Positions 11,201 through 26,200 of a stretch of DNA of 64,000 bases are shown here, piece after piece. How positions within the stretch are numbered: the stretch's first letter is position 1; every line of letters begins with the position of its first letter. The position numbers were made by a program, and so were the translations under genes. The notes beneath the pieces were generated by a model. The model did not search any database, was not told where the DNA came from, and worked only from the letters and a program-made list of their open reading frames with translations. Source of the DNA: Octopus bimaculoides (lineage: Eukaryota); the NCBI RefSeq assembly GCF_001194135.2, contig NC_068985.1, positions 19,800,132-19,864,131 on the forward strand. The letters run 5' to 3'.

Positions 11201-14200
11201 CCTACAGCCAGCCTTGACTAGGAAAGCCATTTCTTCTTGCAATCCTGCAGAAGGCTCTTGTACTTGACACTTCAATTTGTAGGCCTCAACACAATCTTCT
11301 TCCCATAGGACTGTAAGCTCGATCAAAATTATTTTCCATTGATAAGTTATTGTATAATATCCTGTCAATGTCATTGTATTGTATGCATGCAAAGACAACT
11401 CTTAATGACCCAGTCTTAGCTGTCAAGTAAGTCACATTGACAAGGGTTTCGTTAACGTTCAGTACTTCTCACCTTAAGTTTTCCTCTGATCAAAAATTAC
11501 AATAGTCTATCATTTTCATACAAGGTGAGTTGTCTCTTAGTTGCTTAACTCCATAAAAACTGGTATAAGCTTTAATAAACCCATATACTGAGTGAGAGAC
11601 TCTTTCCAGATACTTGAAATGTACTCAGCAATTTGCTGGGGAAGTTTTCATTGAAATTATATTCAACCAATCATTCTTCTTTATCCTTCACAACTGTTCT
11701 CCTTTGATAAATATCTGAGACTCTATTTCTATTCGGTAAATACCAAGAATATTGTAAATAAATTGTGAACTGTTTGTTTTATTTATACTTGTTGAATTTT
11801 GCTCCGAGTTTTTTTAAAAATTTTTTTATATAAAAGAGAAATTATATTTTGTCTTATAGTTGAAAGGGTTTTCTAAAAAGTTACTGAAATCTGAAGTAGA
11901 CAAGATGATCAACTCAATTAATTTGGAAGATAAAAGAAATGTTTTATCGAAAAATCTTTCTGGAGGAATGAAACGAAGATTATCTTTAGGAATTGCTCTC
12001 ATTGGAGATTCAAAGGTATTTTGGATAGTTTCTACATCATAATCTTATGACAGATGTTATGATACCCAGGTGCACCTTGTCACACTCTCATTTTGTTTTA
12101 TAATCGATTCTATAATCATATTGCAGTAGTTCCTTTATCATGAATACTCTTACAATGTTTGCATCTCTACTTGATGTTTGAGAAAGAGCTCAATACATAA
12201 ATATTGGAAATTGTTTCTTCAGAAAGAAATTAATATTTATTTCAAGCATGATAGAATTGGAACTATTTGAAATGTTTAACATTCTTTATTACAAAATCTC
12301 TATAATATATCAAGATTAAAATCTTATTATTTTATCTGACTCTATGATTCCATAAAACTATTTGCCATAACAACAACATCAACTGGATAACATGAAGCTT
12401 TTCATCAGTAACAGGAACTTATAATCTTGGTTCTTGGTTCAGAAATATTTAGCAGAAAAAAGGCAAATTATGCCCTTAATAGGATGACTATCTACCACTG
12501 ATTTGGTATCTATTCTCATTTTCTAAGTTAATTGAAACAATAAAGTTAAGAAACATTAAATGCTTGTAACAGGTTTGAATTCACAAGAATCCATACCCCT
12601 ATTTTACATGTAAAAGATGCATATATGTCACTATACCCTTGGGAAGATTGTGTGAACACATTTCACTTTTCTTTCCTAATAAATATTGATAAATTCTATG
12701 TCTCTGTCATAAATTGTTATAACAAAAAGTAAATAAATTATATCTTCATAGATTGTTATCCTTGATGAGCCTTCCTCTGGATTAGATCCTAATGCACGCC
12801 GTCAAGTTTGGTCTGTCCTCGAAAAGCACAGGATGGGTCGGACAATGCTTCTTACAACTCACTTTATGGATGAAGCAGACCATTTGGGAGATAGAATTGC
12901 TATCATTTCTGATGGTATTCTCAAATGTGCTGGTAGTTCCCTGTTTTTGAAGTCAAAATATGGTAAGTTATTATTTGCTTTCTGCACCTACACACTGATA
13001 GACACCTAAACACACAGACTCAGCCCTACACACATAAATACATGTATTCAAGTAAATTTATGCAAGGCTTGCAGCTTAGTGGTTAGGGTATTCGATTCAC
13101 AATCGTAAGATTGTGAGTTCAATTCCTGGTAGCGCATTGTGTCCTTGATCCAGACATTTTATTTCACATTGCTCCAGTCTATTCAGCTAGCAAAAATGAG
13201 AAGTACCTGTATTTCAAAGAATCAACCTTCTCACATTCTGTGTCATGTTGAATCTCCCTGAGAACTATGTTAAGGGTACACGTGTCTGTGGAGTGCTCAG
13301 CCACTTGCATGTCAAATTTATGAGCAGGTTGTTCTGTTGATCAGACTAACCGGAACCCACATTATCATAACTGATAGAGTGCCAGTCATATGCACATATA
13401 CAAACACTCATACATGAGACAAATCACAGAAAAAAAACAGATTAAAAAAAAAAAGTGAGTTTGATAATTATATTTCCTTTGATTTGATTTGTCTTTCATG
13501 ATTGTGTGAACTTAGTTGTATTGATCAAATGATTGTGTGACTTATTTTTATTGATCAAATACCCCCCATCCTTTATAGCATGGACTAGGTGCATTGTATC
13601 ATGCCCCCAGTATTAGAGAGGCTTTCTTCCAGGCCTGAAATATCCATTTAACACTGATCTCTTAGATGGGTTGTCTTCAGTGTAACTTGCAGAGTTCATG
13701 TTTTCTCCCTGAAGACTTTTCAGTTTCTTCTCTCCCAGCTGGATCATCTGCAATATGTATTTTATTCCCCACTCTATATTGCTTGGGTGTAGGGTACTCA
13801 TGGTGGGAAAGTATGATGGGGAGGGACTTGCTGTAGGCTGGTAGATTGTTAGGTTTGTTTGACTTACTAGTGGCAAGCTCCAGTATGCATGTGTTATGTG
13901 TGAGATACAAGAATACCTTGAGTGAAAGTGGCTAGCTTACAGCTGATCTTAATTAATGGCAAATATAGCCAGTTATTGGTAGGTTGGGGATAATAACAAC
14001 CAGCTGTATTTTCCAAACTCTGCCAAATTAGATTGGAGCCTGGTGTTGCCATCCGGTTTCACCAGTCCTCAGTCAAATCGTCCAACCCATGCTAGCATGG
14101 AAAGCGGACATTAAACGATGATGATGATGATGATGATGATATTATGTGAGAGTGTATAAGATAACAAAGAAATGGCCAAATACAGTAGTCTGAAAAGCAA

Positions 14201-17200
14201 CAGCTAGAAGCAATGAAATATTTGATTTTTCTTTATAGGCGCAGGAGTGGCTGTGTGGTAAGTAGCTTGCTTACCAGCCACATGGTTCCGGGTTCATTCC
14301 CACTGCGTGGCACCTTGGGCAAGTGTCTTCTACTATAGCCTCGGGCCGACCAAAACTTTGTGAGTGGATTTGGTAGACAGAAATTGAAAGAAGCCCGTCG
14401 TATATATGTATATATATATATATGTATGTATGTGTGTGTATATGTTTGTGTGTCTGTGTTTGTCCCCCCCCAACATCGCTTGACAACCAATGGTGGTGTG
14501 TTTACGTCCCTGTAACTTAGCGGTTCGGCAAAAGAGACCGATAGAATAAGTACTAGGCTTCCAAAGAATAAGTCCTGGGGTCGATTTGCTCGACTAAAAG
14601 GCAGTGCTCCAGCATGGCCGCAGTCAAATAACTTAAACAAGTAAAAGAGTAAAAGAGAGAATATTGTCATAGATGATAATAAAGATTGAGGTAGTTGTTT
14701 GCTATGTTCTTTGTAGATTATATTATTTGTTTATGTGCAGGAAAAATAGTCAATGTTACCCCTAATGTTTTTCACTGTGGATATTTGCAGAGATTTGCTT
14801 GTGTTCAGGTTTCGTCTTCTTTTGCAAAATATATGCATATCCACCAGAATAATTTTTTAAAATTTGATTTCATCTTGAAAACCTTATACATACACATTTT
14901 GTTTCTTTTGTGCACTAGTTGAAAAACATATATGCATGCACAAGCACATAGCTAAAAGGGAACAATGGTAGAAGTATTTACAAGAATAGAAATTAAATAA
15001 ATAAATGGAAAAAAAAATTGAAGTTGAATTCTCTTGCTACATTCATGTATGATTCAAAGTGTCCTCAGAATTTATCTGAAGATTTAGAGACATTGATCGA
15101 AGCAGACATAGCCATCTAGAATAGTTTCTAACCTTTTGAATCATGAAGTATTTACTTATACTTCTGGCTAGACATCACATGGTAGCTGTAAATGAATGTC
15201 ACCAACATGCAAGCGGTGTCCTTTCCTTCCCAATCTTCTGGAAAAGATATATCTGGTCTTGGGGAAATATTACCTTACTTGGGAACAGGATTTCCATGCT
15301 GGCATGGGTTGGACAATTTGACTACAGACTGGTGGACCAGGTAGCTACACCAGGCTCAAATCTGATTTGGCAGAGTTTCTAGATTGTAGCCTGGTGTAGC
15401 CACCTGGTCCACCAGTCCTCAGTCAAATTGTCCAACCCATGCCAGCATGGAAAGCGGACGTTAAACGATGATGATGATGCTGATGAGATGCTAATCCTGT
15501 TCCCAAGTATCTGGCTGTAGAAAATCTGCCTCAACAATATAACCCATGTAGGAATGGGAAAGTGCACATTAAAATGAAGATAATGATTGGGTGGTGGTGG
15601 TGGTGGTGGTGGTGACGGTGGCAGCACGGAAATGAATAATATGGCCAAGAAATTATATATTAATCTCTTAAATATAGAACTGAAGTTATATATTAAATAA
15701 AATAATTAGTGAATAGAATAAATGATAAAATGTCTAATATCAAATGATCAAATTTCAGAATCATTTAACCAGTATTAGTCAAATTGATATAAAATGATTC
15801 ATATAGGCGTAGGAGTGGCTGTGTGGTAAGTAGCTTGCTTATGAACCACATGATTCCAGGTTCAGTCCCACTACGTGGTACCTTGGGCAAGTGTCTTCTA
15901 CTATAACCTCGGGCCGACCAAAGCTTTGTGAGTGGATTTGGTAGACAGAAACTGAAAGAAGCCCGTTGTATATATGTATATATATGTATGTATGTGTGTA
16001 TATGTTTGTGTGTCTGTGTTTGTCCCCCTCCCCCCCCCCACCACCACCAACATCGCTTGACAACTGATGCTGGTGTGTTTACGTCCCTGTAACTTAGCAG
16101 TTCAGCAAAAGGGACCAATAGAATAAGTACTAGGCTTACAAAGAATAAATCCTGGGGTCGATTTGCTTGACTAAAGGCGATGCTCCAGCATGGCCACAGT
16201 CAAATGACTGAAACAAGTAAAAGAGTAAAAGACTATATCAATGTCCAATACTTAATGATTAAATGTTTCTTTCGTTTTTTTTTGTTCTTTCTAGGTGCTG
16301 GCTACCATTTGGTGATAGTGAAAACTCCTCAATGCAATGTGGCCAATGTCACACACTTACTTAAGTCTTTTGTTCCAGAAGCAACGATGGAAAGCAATGT
16401 TGGGGCTGAACTGTCATATCTTTTACCTCATGAGAGCAGCTGCTATTTTGAAAAACTTTTTAACACAATACAGAGTAAACAAGCTAATTTGGGAATATCA
16501 AATTATGGTGTTTCTGTGACGACAATGGAAGAAGTATTTCTTAAGTTAGTATATTTAAAATGGTTATGTTTTTAATAAACTCACACTCACATTTATGTAT
16601 ATATATATATGTGTGTATGTGTGTATGTATAAACCTGGGCTCAATGCCCCTCCCCTCTTCATCTGACTCCCCTCTTTTCTCCTCTCTTCATCTCACACTT
16701 ACTTCCTCTCTTCCCTCTTACTCACCTTCTCCCTTCATCGTTACCCCTCCATTCAAACCCCACCTCTACACATCTCAACCCCACCACCCCAATACATCCC
16801 AATCCTACCACCCCACCCACGTACCCCTACTCCTACCCCCACATCCTCGCCCCAAACCCACATCCCCATGCACCCCCACACCCCAACACCACCACAGCAT
16901 CATGCCACACCACACCACCATACCACACCACACTACACCACCACACCACCACAACACACAACACATCACCACACTACACCACCACACCACATCGCACCAC
17001 TCTGCACACACTAGTACTGACCACTTCTCAGCACCCACACCATCATCCACACACCTACACATGCACACATACAAGATCATGGGTTTGATTCCCAGACTGG
17101 GCGTTGTGTTGTATTTTTGAGCAAAGCACTTCATTTTACTTTGCTCTGCAATCATCTTGAGCTCTGACATGTGGCACCCGTTGCACCTGTACAGGTAATG

Positions 17201-20200
17201 TCGATCTGACGGAGGGAGTGAGCTTATGTCTACACAAACATTTGATCACTATAAACAAATCGTCTGTGTGGTTGTTTGGTAAGAAGTTATTGAACCCTCA
17301 TATGTTATCTAATGACAAGAGAGTCCATAATATATGTATATATATATAAATGGCACATAAAAGCACCTTTCGAGCATTGGGCTTCACAGAAACAAGGACC
17401 AAGACTATTTGACATTATGCTGGGCTTCGAGTGTTGGGCTTCATGGAGGCAATTTACTGAGTCCATTTGGCATTATGCTGTGCTAGAGAAGAAGACCCAT
17501 CAAGCCAAGTGAAATCACTATCATGGCAGATACAGGTGTCACGTAGATGGCACCCATGCTGGTGGCATGTAAAAACACCCATTATACACTTGGAGTGGTT
17601 GGCATTAAAAAGGGCATCCAACCATAGAAACCACTCGGTACATCTTATGGACTTGCTACCTACACCTTTTCTACAGATTGAGCAGGGCCATCTTGTTTCC
17701 ATACTTGGAACTTCTCTAGTTCAGTTAATGATTTAGCTATAAGAACAAGGTCATCAGCATAGAGGAGCTCCCAGGAGCGGCCAGTCTTGAATTCCTCTGC
17801 TATTGCCTGGAGCACTATGATGAATAAGATAGGGCTGAGTATCGTTCCTTGGTGAACCCCCTAATTGTACTCTGAATTGTTTGCTGTACTCATTGCCCAC
17901 CCTCACCTTACTGATAGCATCCCTGTACAAGGCTTGTACAGCTCTCACCAACCACTCGTCTATCCCTAGTTTCTGCTTTGACCATCAGATAAGGGATCGG
18001 GGACTCTATCAAAAGCTTTCTCCCAGTCAACAAAAGCCAAGTACAGAGGTTTATCGTTGGCTAGGTATTTCTCCTGCAGTTGCCTTAGCAGAAATATAGC
18101 ATCAGTGGTGCTTCTACCTGGCACAAACCCAAACTGCATCTCGTCTAGACTAACTCTCTCCTTGATTAGTTGGGCTATGATACTCTCCATAACTTTCATC
18201 ATCCGATCCAACAATCTGGTACCTCTATAATTATTTCTATCTAAGGCATCACCTTTACCTTTGTTGACTATGGTGCTGCTACACCAGTCATTGGGTATGA
18301 CTCCTTCACGAACCACCTGATTTAGCATATAGATGACTAGACTGTAACCCACACTGCCAGATATTTTAAGCATCTCAGTGGTGATTCCTGATGGGCTGGA
18401 GGCTTTTCCTGTCTTCATATCCCTAATTACTTATCTACAAGGGTACTGTGAATTCAGATAGCTAGTCCCTCAGTTGGGTCAACATTTGGCAGACTCTCCT
18501 CCTCTCATTCATTCTTCACGTTCAGCAGTCTTTCATAATGGCATCTCCAAGCCTCTTTCTTTGCAGACTCATTAAAAGCAAGTGCATCATCATCTATGCA
18601 GACACATTTCTCACCTGTGACATCACAATTTTCTCTCAACAGATAATTTCTCACCTCTTCACAAATTCATTTGTTTACTGAAAGAGATATTGTGTGATCA
18701 TTTTCCATGTGTTTGTGTAGAAATAAAATGAAGTTTGCCTCTGAAGAAACATTCACATAAGTTATTTTTTAGGAAGATGTAAACAGAAAATCAAACCTAG
18801 AAAACCATATTCATAATATTGCTGCTTTTTTTCTGTGTGTGAATGTGCATATTATTCAGAATGTATTCTTAATTATATGAACATTGCTAGAAATCATTGA
18901 AACAAAGCAGTTATAACAATTTTGTTGAAATTTCTGTTTAACTCTTTAAGATTCAAATTACCCCATCAAATATAATGCCTTTTTATTCACATTGTTTGAA
19001 TTAATCATGCATTATTTCACAACTTTGAGATTTTGATGATGTAATTGTTTATTTTTAGAATGATATTATAGGATAGGCGTGAGAGGCCAGATTTGGTCTT
19101 CTTGAACATAAAATGTGTAGAATATTTGGGTCAGATAGGGCCAGTTTAAATGCTAAAGAGTTAAGATGGCTACATGCTCAAAATTTAATCTGGTAAAAAA
19201 TCAAACTATTAAGTTGTCAGATAAATTCATGCTTTTTGTTTTGTTTTTATTTCCTCACCACATTTATTTTAAACCTTTCCTATATTATTTGAAATAACAC
19301 AAAAAATATTTTTATCAAACTGTTTTAATGTTTTTTTTTTCTAACTCTGCTTCTCCTTTACAACTTTTGTTTATTATTTTTGAAATGGGAATAAATTTTA
19401 CATCTTTTCAAACACATGATGACAGAATGCTAAGTAGAAAAAAGTGAAAAACTAAAACGAATGAATTTACCTGATGACCCAATATAATAATTTTCTATTC
19501 CTATTTTTAGTATTTGTCTCAGTGATATCAGACTGTCTTACATTTCTGTTGACATCTATAAGAGTCTTTTCATTTTCTTTCTTTTATTTTCTTTCATATT
19601 CAAAATAAACTAACTCCAACAGAGTAAGTGACAACCTAAACACTCAACCAGTTAATGACTCGCACACTTTCTCAAATGGATCTGTTTACCACACATTAGA
19701 AACAACTTTCAAACCCTCAAGTGAGTGTGGTCAATATCAACCTTTGTTGCAAAATATTTTGTTTCCTGTTAGTAATTTTGTATTTAGCATTGCATTTTTG
19801 AAGCATAGCAATCATGTAACTAGTTTCTTGTTTTAACCCTTTTGTTATCATATTTCTATTGAAATACACTGCCTTTATGGATGGTGGAGGAGCACTAAGC
19901 AGTGATATGTATAAATGCAATGTTATTACCAGTTCGAATATGCTAATAACACATTTGGACTTGTAAAGAAGCCATTCATTGTTTTTCCATGGAGAAAATT
20001 TCTTACTGTTGACAAATGGTGTGAGTACACCTAAATCAGCTTGCAGTGCCACCTATCCAGACTGTGAGATGCAAGCTTTTCAGAGTAATTATCTCCTCTT
20101 CAGTCACAGAAACTGGATAGGTGTATTTACACCATTTGTCAACAAATTTTCTCCATGATAAAACAATGAATGATTTGTTTACATGTCTGAACATGCTATT

Positions 20201-23200
20201 AGCATATTTGAATTGGTAATAACATTGCAATCCAGTTTATTTTGGAAATAATGGAGAATTTAGGAAAATAACTTTGTCAGTATTAAGATGGTGTTTGGAA
20301 TATAAATTAACATGAAATTTTCATGGAAGGTTTTGATTTAGATCATTTTAAATATGAATTCATTTGTTTATTGAAAGAATAGTTATAAAAATGTTAAAAC
20401 ATTACCTGCCACTTTTGAATTTATTTGTTCCTGGACCTGCTGTTATAAATATTATGTGTTGTTTAGAAAATTATTTACCTATTTATTTATATTGATATCA
20501 TGTTTTATTTTTGTTGCAGGATATAAGAAAATAACTGGATTCTTTTTAAGTCTTCAACAATTTCGTGCAATGTTTGTAAAGAAAGTGATTTACACTTGGA
20601 GAAATAAATTCTTGAGTATCAGCCAGATTCTTGTACCTTTGGTTTTCACCATTATTGCACTGATTGTTGTGAAAACATTTCCAACTCAGGATGACTTTCC
20701 TTCACTTTTACTGAGTCCTGAAAAGTATGGCAAGAATACTATACCATTCAGTATTTTATTAACTGCCACTCCAGAAGTAGCAGGTATTACCATGTCCTAC
20801 CAAGACAAATCACTGAATAAAGACATCAACTTTGTGAATATTAATAATAGCACAAAGTCCAAGAACTCACCAAATATCACAAAATATCTTGGAGTTATTA
20901 GCATTGAAGACAGAGAAAATTATAATGACCATTATATGATAGCTGCTGATTTAAGTGCAACATTTCCGGATCATTACATTGCCTATTTTAATGGTCAGTC
21001 TTTCCATAGCGGTGCTATATCTTTGGCAATGATGGTCTCTGGCTTTCTAAGATATTTTCATCAATCCACCTCAAAAATTTCTTTTGTCAATCATCCACTT
21101 CCAGTGACACAATCAGAAGCTGCAACTTCTTCTGATTCGCTGAACAATACTGCGTTTACATTATCAATTATGATCTTATTTGGTATTAGTTTCTTGTCAG
21201 CAACATTTAGTCTCTTCGTGATAAAAGAGCGATGTACAAAATCAAAGCATCTTCAATATATTAGTGGTGTATATCCATTCAACTTCTGGATATCAGTATA
21301 TATCTGGGACATGATTACTTTCTTTGTAACTTCCATATGTGTGATAATTGCTTTTGTTTGCTTTGACATTGAAGCATACATTGTGGATGGACATTCTGCA
21401 GCAATTTTGCTTTTGTTTTTCCTGTACAGTACAGCTGCACTTCCCTTCACCTATTTGTTGTCCTTCATTTTCAAAACACCAACATCAGGTTTTGTTTGGC
21501 TGGCTCTCATTAACATCGTCTCAGGTAAATACTAATTATTTTTATCAATATATTTATCTCTATGTATAAATATATGTTTTAATTTCTGATACTTCCACCT
21601 CTAAAGAAATCCTGTGTAATTTCCATAATTTTTATTTCAATTTCAGGGCTTCTAAGTGTTTTATCTGTCAACATCCTGAGTATACCCCAGCTGAATCTTT
21701 CTGACGTAGCAGACATATTGCGTTGGGTGTTTCTTGTTATTTCACCTGAGTTTTGCCTTGGCCAAGGCCTCATTGATTTTTACGCCAATTATGATTTGAT
21801 TGAAATGTGTGATAAATTTCCCTCTATGTCAAGCTGTCAGAGTAAGTTTCCATTTTACTAGAAACTATTTTAAAACTATTTTACCATAAGGAAACTCATG
21901 ATAGTTTGTTAAACTAATATTGTATTATTGGTATATATTGGTTAAACTAATAGTGTATTATTGGTATATAATTATTAACATGATCTAAATTTTTTACATT
22001 AATGAATTCTCAAGCAGCGTCTTGAGTATAGATGTCATAGTTTCTAGGGTAAGAAATACTACTGAATAACTTGTAAGTTTTTGAAGAGCAAATAATTTTC
22101 ATCTTTGATATTTGGTCGTATTCACCATCACTAACTGAAGCTTCATCGAGTGTTTGTCATTTATTATGCTGAAGTTTGCCATACATCTCAATTCTCTTTT
22201 CACCATTTGAAACTCAACCTTCCAAAGTTCAATCTACCAAAGTCTCCTCTCCCCTTCTCTCTCTCTTACAGCTACTGTTGCATAGAATCTAAGAACTGGC
22301 ACCAAACTAATAATTTTTAACTTCTTGCTATTACTTTGGAACTGGTTCCCATCAAACACTACTTATATAGAAAGCCAGACAAGGACACAATGCACATATA
22401 CAAAAATTCCATCCAACTTCAGTCATTATAAATAACCTCGAATGTGGCATGTATGCAAACATTTCCCACCTATCTTCTGACTGTATATCAGTTGAGGTTA
22501 AGCATGATGGGGTACAATGGCTGATCTTGTGATTGCACAAATTGTCAACATGTGGAATGATTCACAAGTTTCGCAGTATTAGAGAGATGTAATACTGATT
22601 TCATTATACAAGGGAGAAGATCTAAAGTCAAACTGTGGTGACTTACATGGTATTTTCTTATTTGTGAGTGTTGGTAAGATAGTCATCAGACTTTTATTGA
22701 ATCAACTGCAGATATGCACATGCTACATTGTTGCCCCCAAGTTTCAATGTGGAATTAGATCTGGTAGATGTACTACAGGTGATTTTAAGCATCAGACAGT
22801 TATAAGAGCAATGCATAGAGCAGAGACTCTCTTTTTGACAAGTTTTCATTGATCTGAAAAAAATTTGCTTTTGAAATGGTGAATTGAATCTTTGTATCTA
22901 TGAATCTTGCAGCATCACATACCTGCTACATCTATCTGAGACATAGATCTTGTATTGATGGCACATGAAAATATTTGAAAGATCTCACCAAAAGTGCCTA
23001 AGCCTTGTATTAAACATTAGTTGGAAATCTTCTACACCTGACACAGATGTACTTAAAAATGTTGGATGGCTGAGTATGGAGGTTTGACTTATCAAGTATC
23101 ACATCTGATACGCTGGTCATGTCTTCCATCTTGATGGTTTCAGGTTTCTGAAGCAATTATTTTATGGGGAATTAGTTATCAGTAAACTTCACCAGCACAA

Positions 23201-26200
23201 GCAAAAAAAGAGATTCTGTAATGTCATGAAGTTAAAAGACAGTAAGAAAGACTGGAAAATAGAAAGCGGTAGAGAACAATATCAAGTCTCTTGGAATGAA
23301 GCTGGATATCAGATTTAATTAGAGAGAGGAGAAGTAGAAACTAAATGATTTGTATATGTTATGCTGTATGAGGGTAAAACTGGCAGAGAATTGAGGTGTC
23401 TTTGGGAAGAAAAGTGTATGGAAATATAGTGGAACACTTACCCTTACTTGCCCCTAATGACATTGTAAAGAAAGAGGCATGAAAGTTTGCGTATGAGACA
23501 ATGTTGAATGAGGAGAATGCATAGAATTGTAGGGGGTCTACAGTATATAGAGAGACAAGAGAATGAAATTGTTTGGGGTATGCTTTAACCCTTTAGCATT
23601 TAAACCGGCCATATCCAGCCAAAAGTATTCTGTTTGTTTTATGTTCAAACTGGCCAAATCTGGTCTCTCACACCAACCCTACAATATGGTTTTTAAAATT
23701 AACAGCTACCTCATCAAAATCTCATAGCTACAAGATAATGCATGATTAGTTCAAAACAATGTGGATGAAAAAGCATTAATTTTGGCAGAATAATGCAAAC
23801 ACTAAAGGGTTAAAGTGCAGTTAGTTTATGAAGGCAGAAAAGGCAACTGGGCCATTGGGGATTGATCCTGAGATGTTTGAAATATCTGACAAAAGTTGGG
23901 CATGTACTAGTCACTTGCATGTTCAGTTGGGTAGTTCGAAGAAGGTTTTATACACATCGTGGAATCATGTAAGACTGCCACATAAAAGTGCCTGTGTGGT
24001 ACCACATAAAAGCACCTGTGCGGTTCCATATGAAAGTACCCAGCACACTCTGTAAAGTGGTTGGTGTTAGGAAGAGCATCCAGCCATAGAAACCATTGCC
24101 AAATCAGACTGGAGTCTGGTGAAGCTCCCCAGCTTGCTAGCTCTGGTTAAACCATCCAACCCATGCCAGCATAGACAACGGATGTTAAATGATTATGAAT
24201 GGCAGAGCAGTTTCATCATCAACTGCTACAAGAGATACAAAGTAGATACACTATAGATAGGCAACTCCAGAGGTATCAAACTGATAGACCAAGTTATGGA
24301 AGTTATGGAAAGAGTTATATCCCAATTGATTAAGTTTTGTTCCAAGAAGAGGAACTACAGATGTCACCTTTCTAATAAGACCTGTTCACCATAACAGAAT
24401 TGATACCAGTGCTGGTCACAGTATAAGTAGTGGTGCACCCAGTACACACTGTGAAGTTGTTGGTGTTAGGTAGGGCATCCAGCCATAGAAACCATGGCAG
24501 AACAGACAACAGGAGCCTGGTGCAACCCTGACCTTACTAACTCTGGTCAAACCAGCCAACCCATACCTGCATGGAAAATGGACATTTGATGATGCTGATG
24601 ACGATGACAACGAAGTAGTAGTAGTAGTACACATGCATACATATATGTACATATGTGTGTGCACACATGTACATGCATGCATATATACATAAATGTAAAG
24701 CTAAAGCTGGCATTCCTTTGACTTATTCAGCTGCTACTGGCTAGGAAACTTAAGGCCAACACCTTTTGGTTTGCTCATTTGTTTCCTCATACTTCTTCTT
24801 TGATGCTATTTTGCTTTCAAACTTGGCTTGAATATAAATTAAGGTAAAGTCTACCTTGTCTAGGAACAATTTACTGGCAGGCCTAGTGTGTTTTTTTCTG
24901 CATTCACTTCACAATTTTAAATGTAAAATGATGAACATGCTGTGATATATAGTTTACTTATTACAGTTTATTTGTTTCAGGTTCTTGCACAGAATGTTTA
25001 CCATTGAACAGAAATTATCTTGGCTGGGAGGGAAAAGGCATAGGAAAGTCGTTGGTCTTTTTATGTATTCAAAATATTTTCACCTTATTCTTGCTTATTT
25101 TGGTTGAGTCATCAGTTTTTGAAAAAATTGTCTATTCATTAAAACTGTTGTGCTCAAGAAACAAAATTCAGACTGTTAAAGATGTCAATGGTACAACTAT
25201 TGATAATGATGTGGCTGCTGAACAAGTGCGAGTAGAGAACTACTATGAACTTCATAAAGATGTAATTGTGGTAAAAGATGTTTCAAAGTTGTATGGCTCA
25301 TTTATGGCTGTAAACCATATTAGTGTTGGAATCCCTGCTGGAGAGTGTTTTGGTTTACTTGGGATCAATGGGGCTGGTAAAACATCCACTTTTAAAATGC
25401 TGACTGGTGATGAACGAATTTCCAGTGGAATGATTTATATCAATGGTGTTAGTCTGAAGACTAATATACGACAGGTAAACAATTTTTTGTTCAGTTTTCT
25501 GTAGCTTATGACTTTTATTAACTATAAATGATTTTTTTTTTATTAGTCCTGGCAGAATCATTAGCACACTTGGGTTCAAATTCTGCTGAGGTCGACTTTA
25601 TCTTTTCAAGATCAATAAAATAAATACCAGTCAAGTACTGAGGTTGATATAATTGACTTCCCCCTCCCCTCAAAAACTACTGGCTCTGTACCAGAATTTG
25701 AAACCATTAGTTATAAAAGATTTTTGACTGCACTGTCTTAAATATTTTACCATCATTTGAATATTAGATGCAGGTTGTTAGTTATTTCAAATCCTTGTCA
25801 CCCTCTTGTGTTATTTCTGAGATTTTATTGAGTGAGGTAATTGTTTAACTAAACTATAGAAGATTTTGTGGACTTGCATTGCTGAATTCAAGCCCTATCA
25901 TGAATACTGCTTGGAAAGTATTTCCTTGGTGTGATTTAGATTAACCCTTTAGCATTCAAACCAGTCATATCTGGCCAAAATATTCTACCTGTTTTATACT
26001 CAAACTAGCCAAATCTATCCCTCTCACAAACCCTACAATATCAGTCTAAAAATTAAGTTACCTCATCAAAATCTCAAAACTATGAGATAATGCAAGATTA
26101 ATTCAAAACAATGTGAATAAATAAGCATTACTTTTGATGAAATAATTTGAATGCAAAAGGGTTAATTATCTGTTGCTGGATATATGTAATTAGGAACAAC

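Noticed and set aside
13590-14000. Overlapping minus-strand ORFs
   Set aside because: Probably a decayed retroelement, but no diagnostic motif was recognised, so it was not annotated.
16560-17170. His/Pro/Thr-rich and Cys/Val/Trp-rich ORFs
   Set aside because: They are translations of a low-complexity CA-rich tract.
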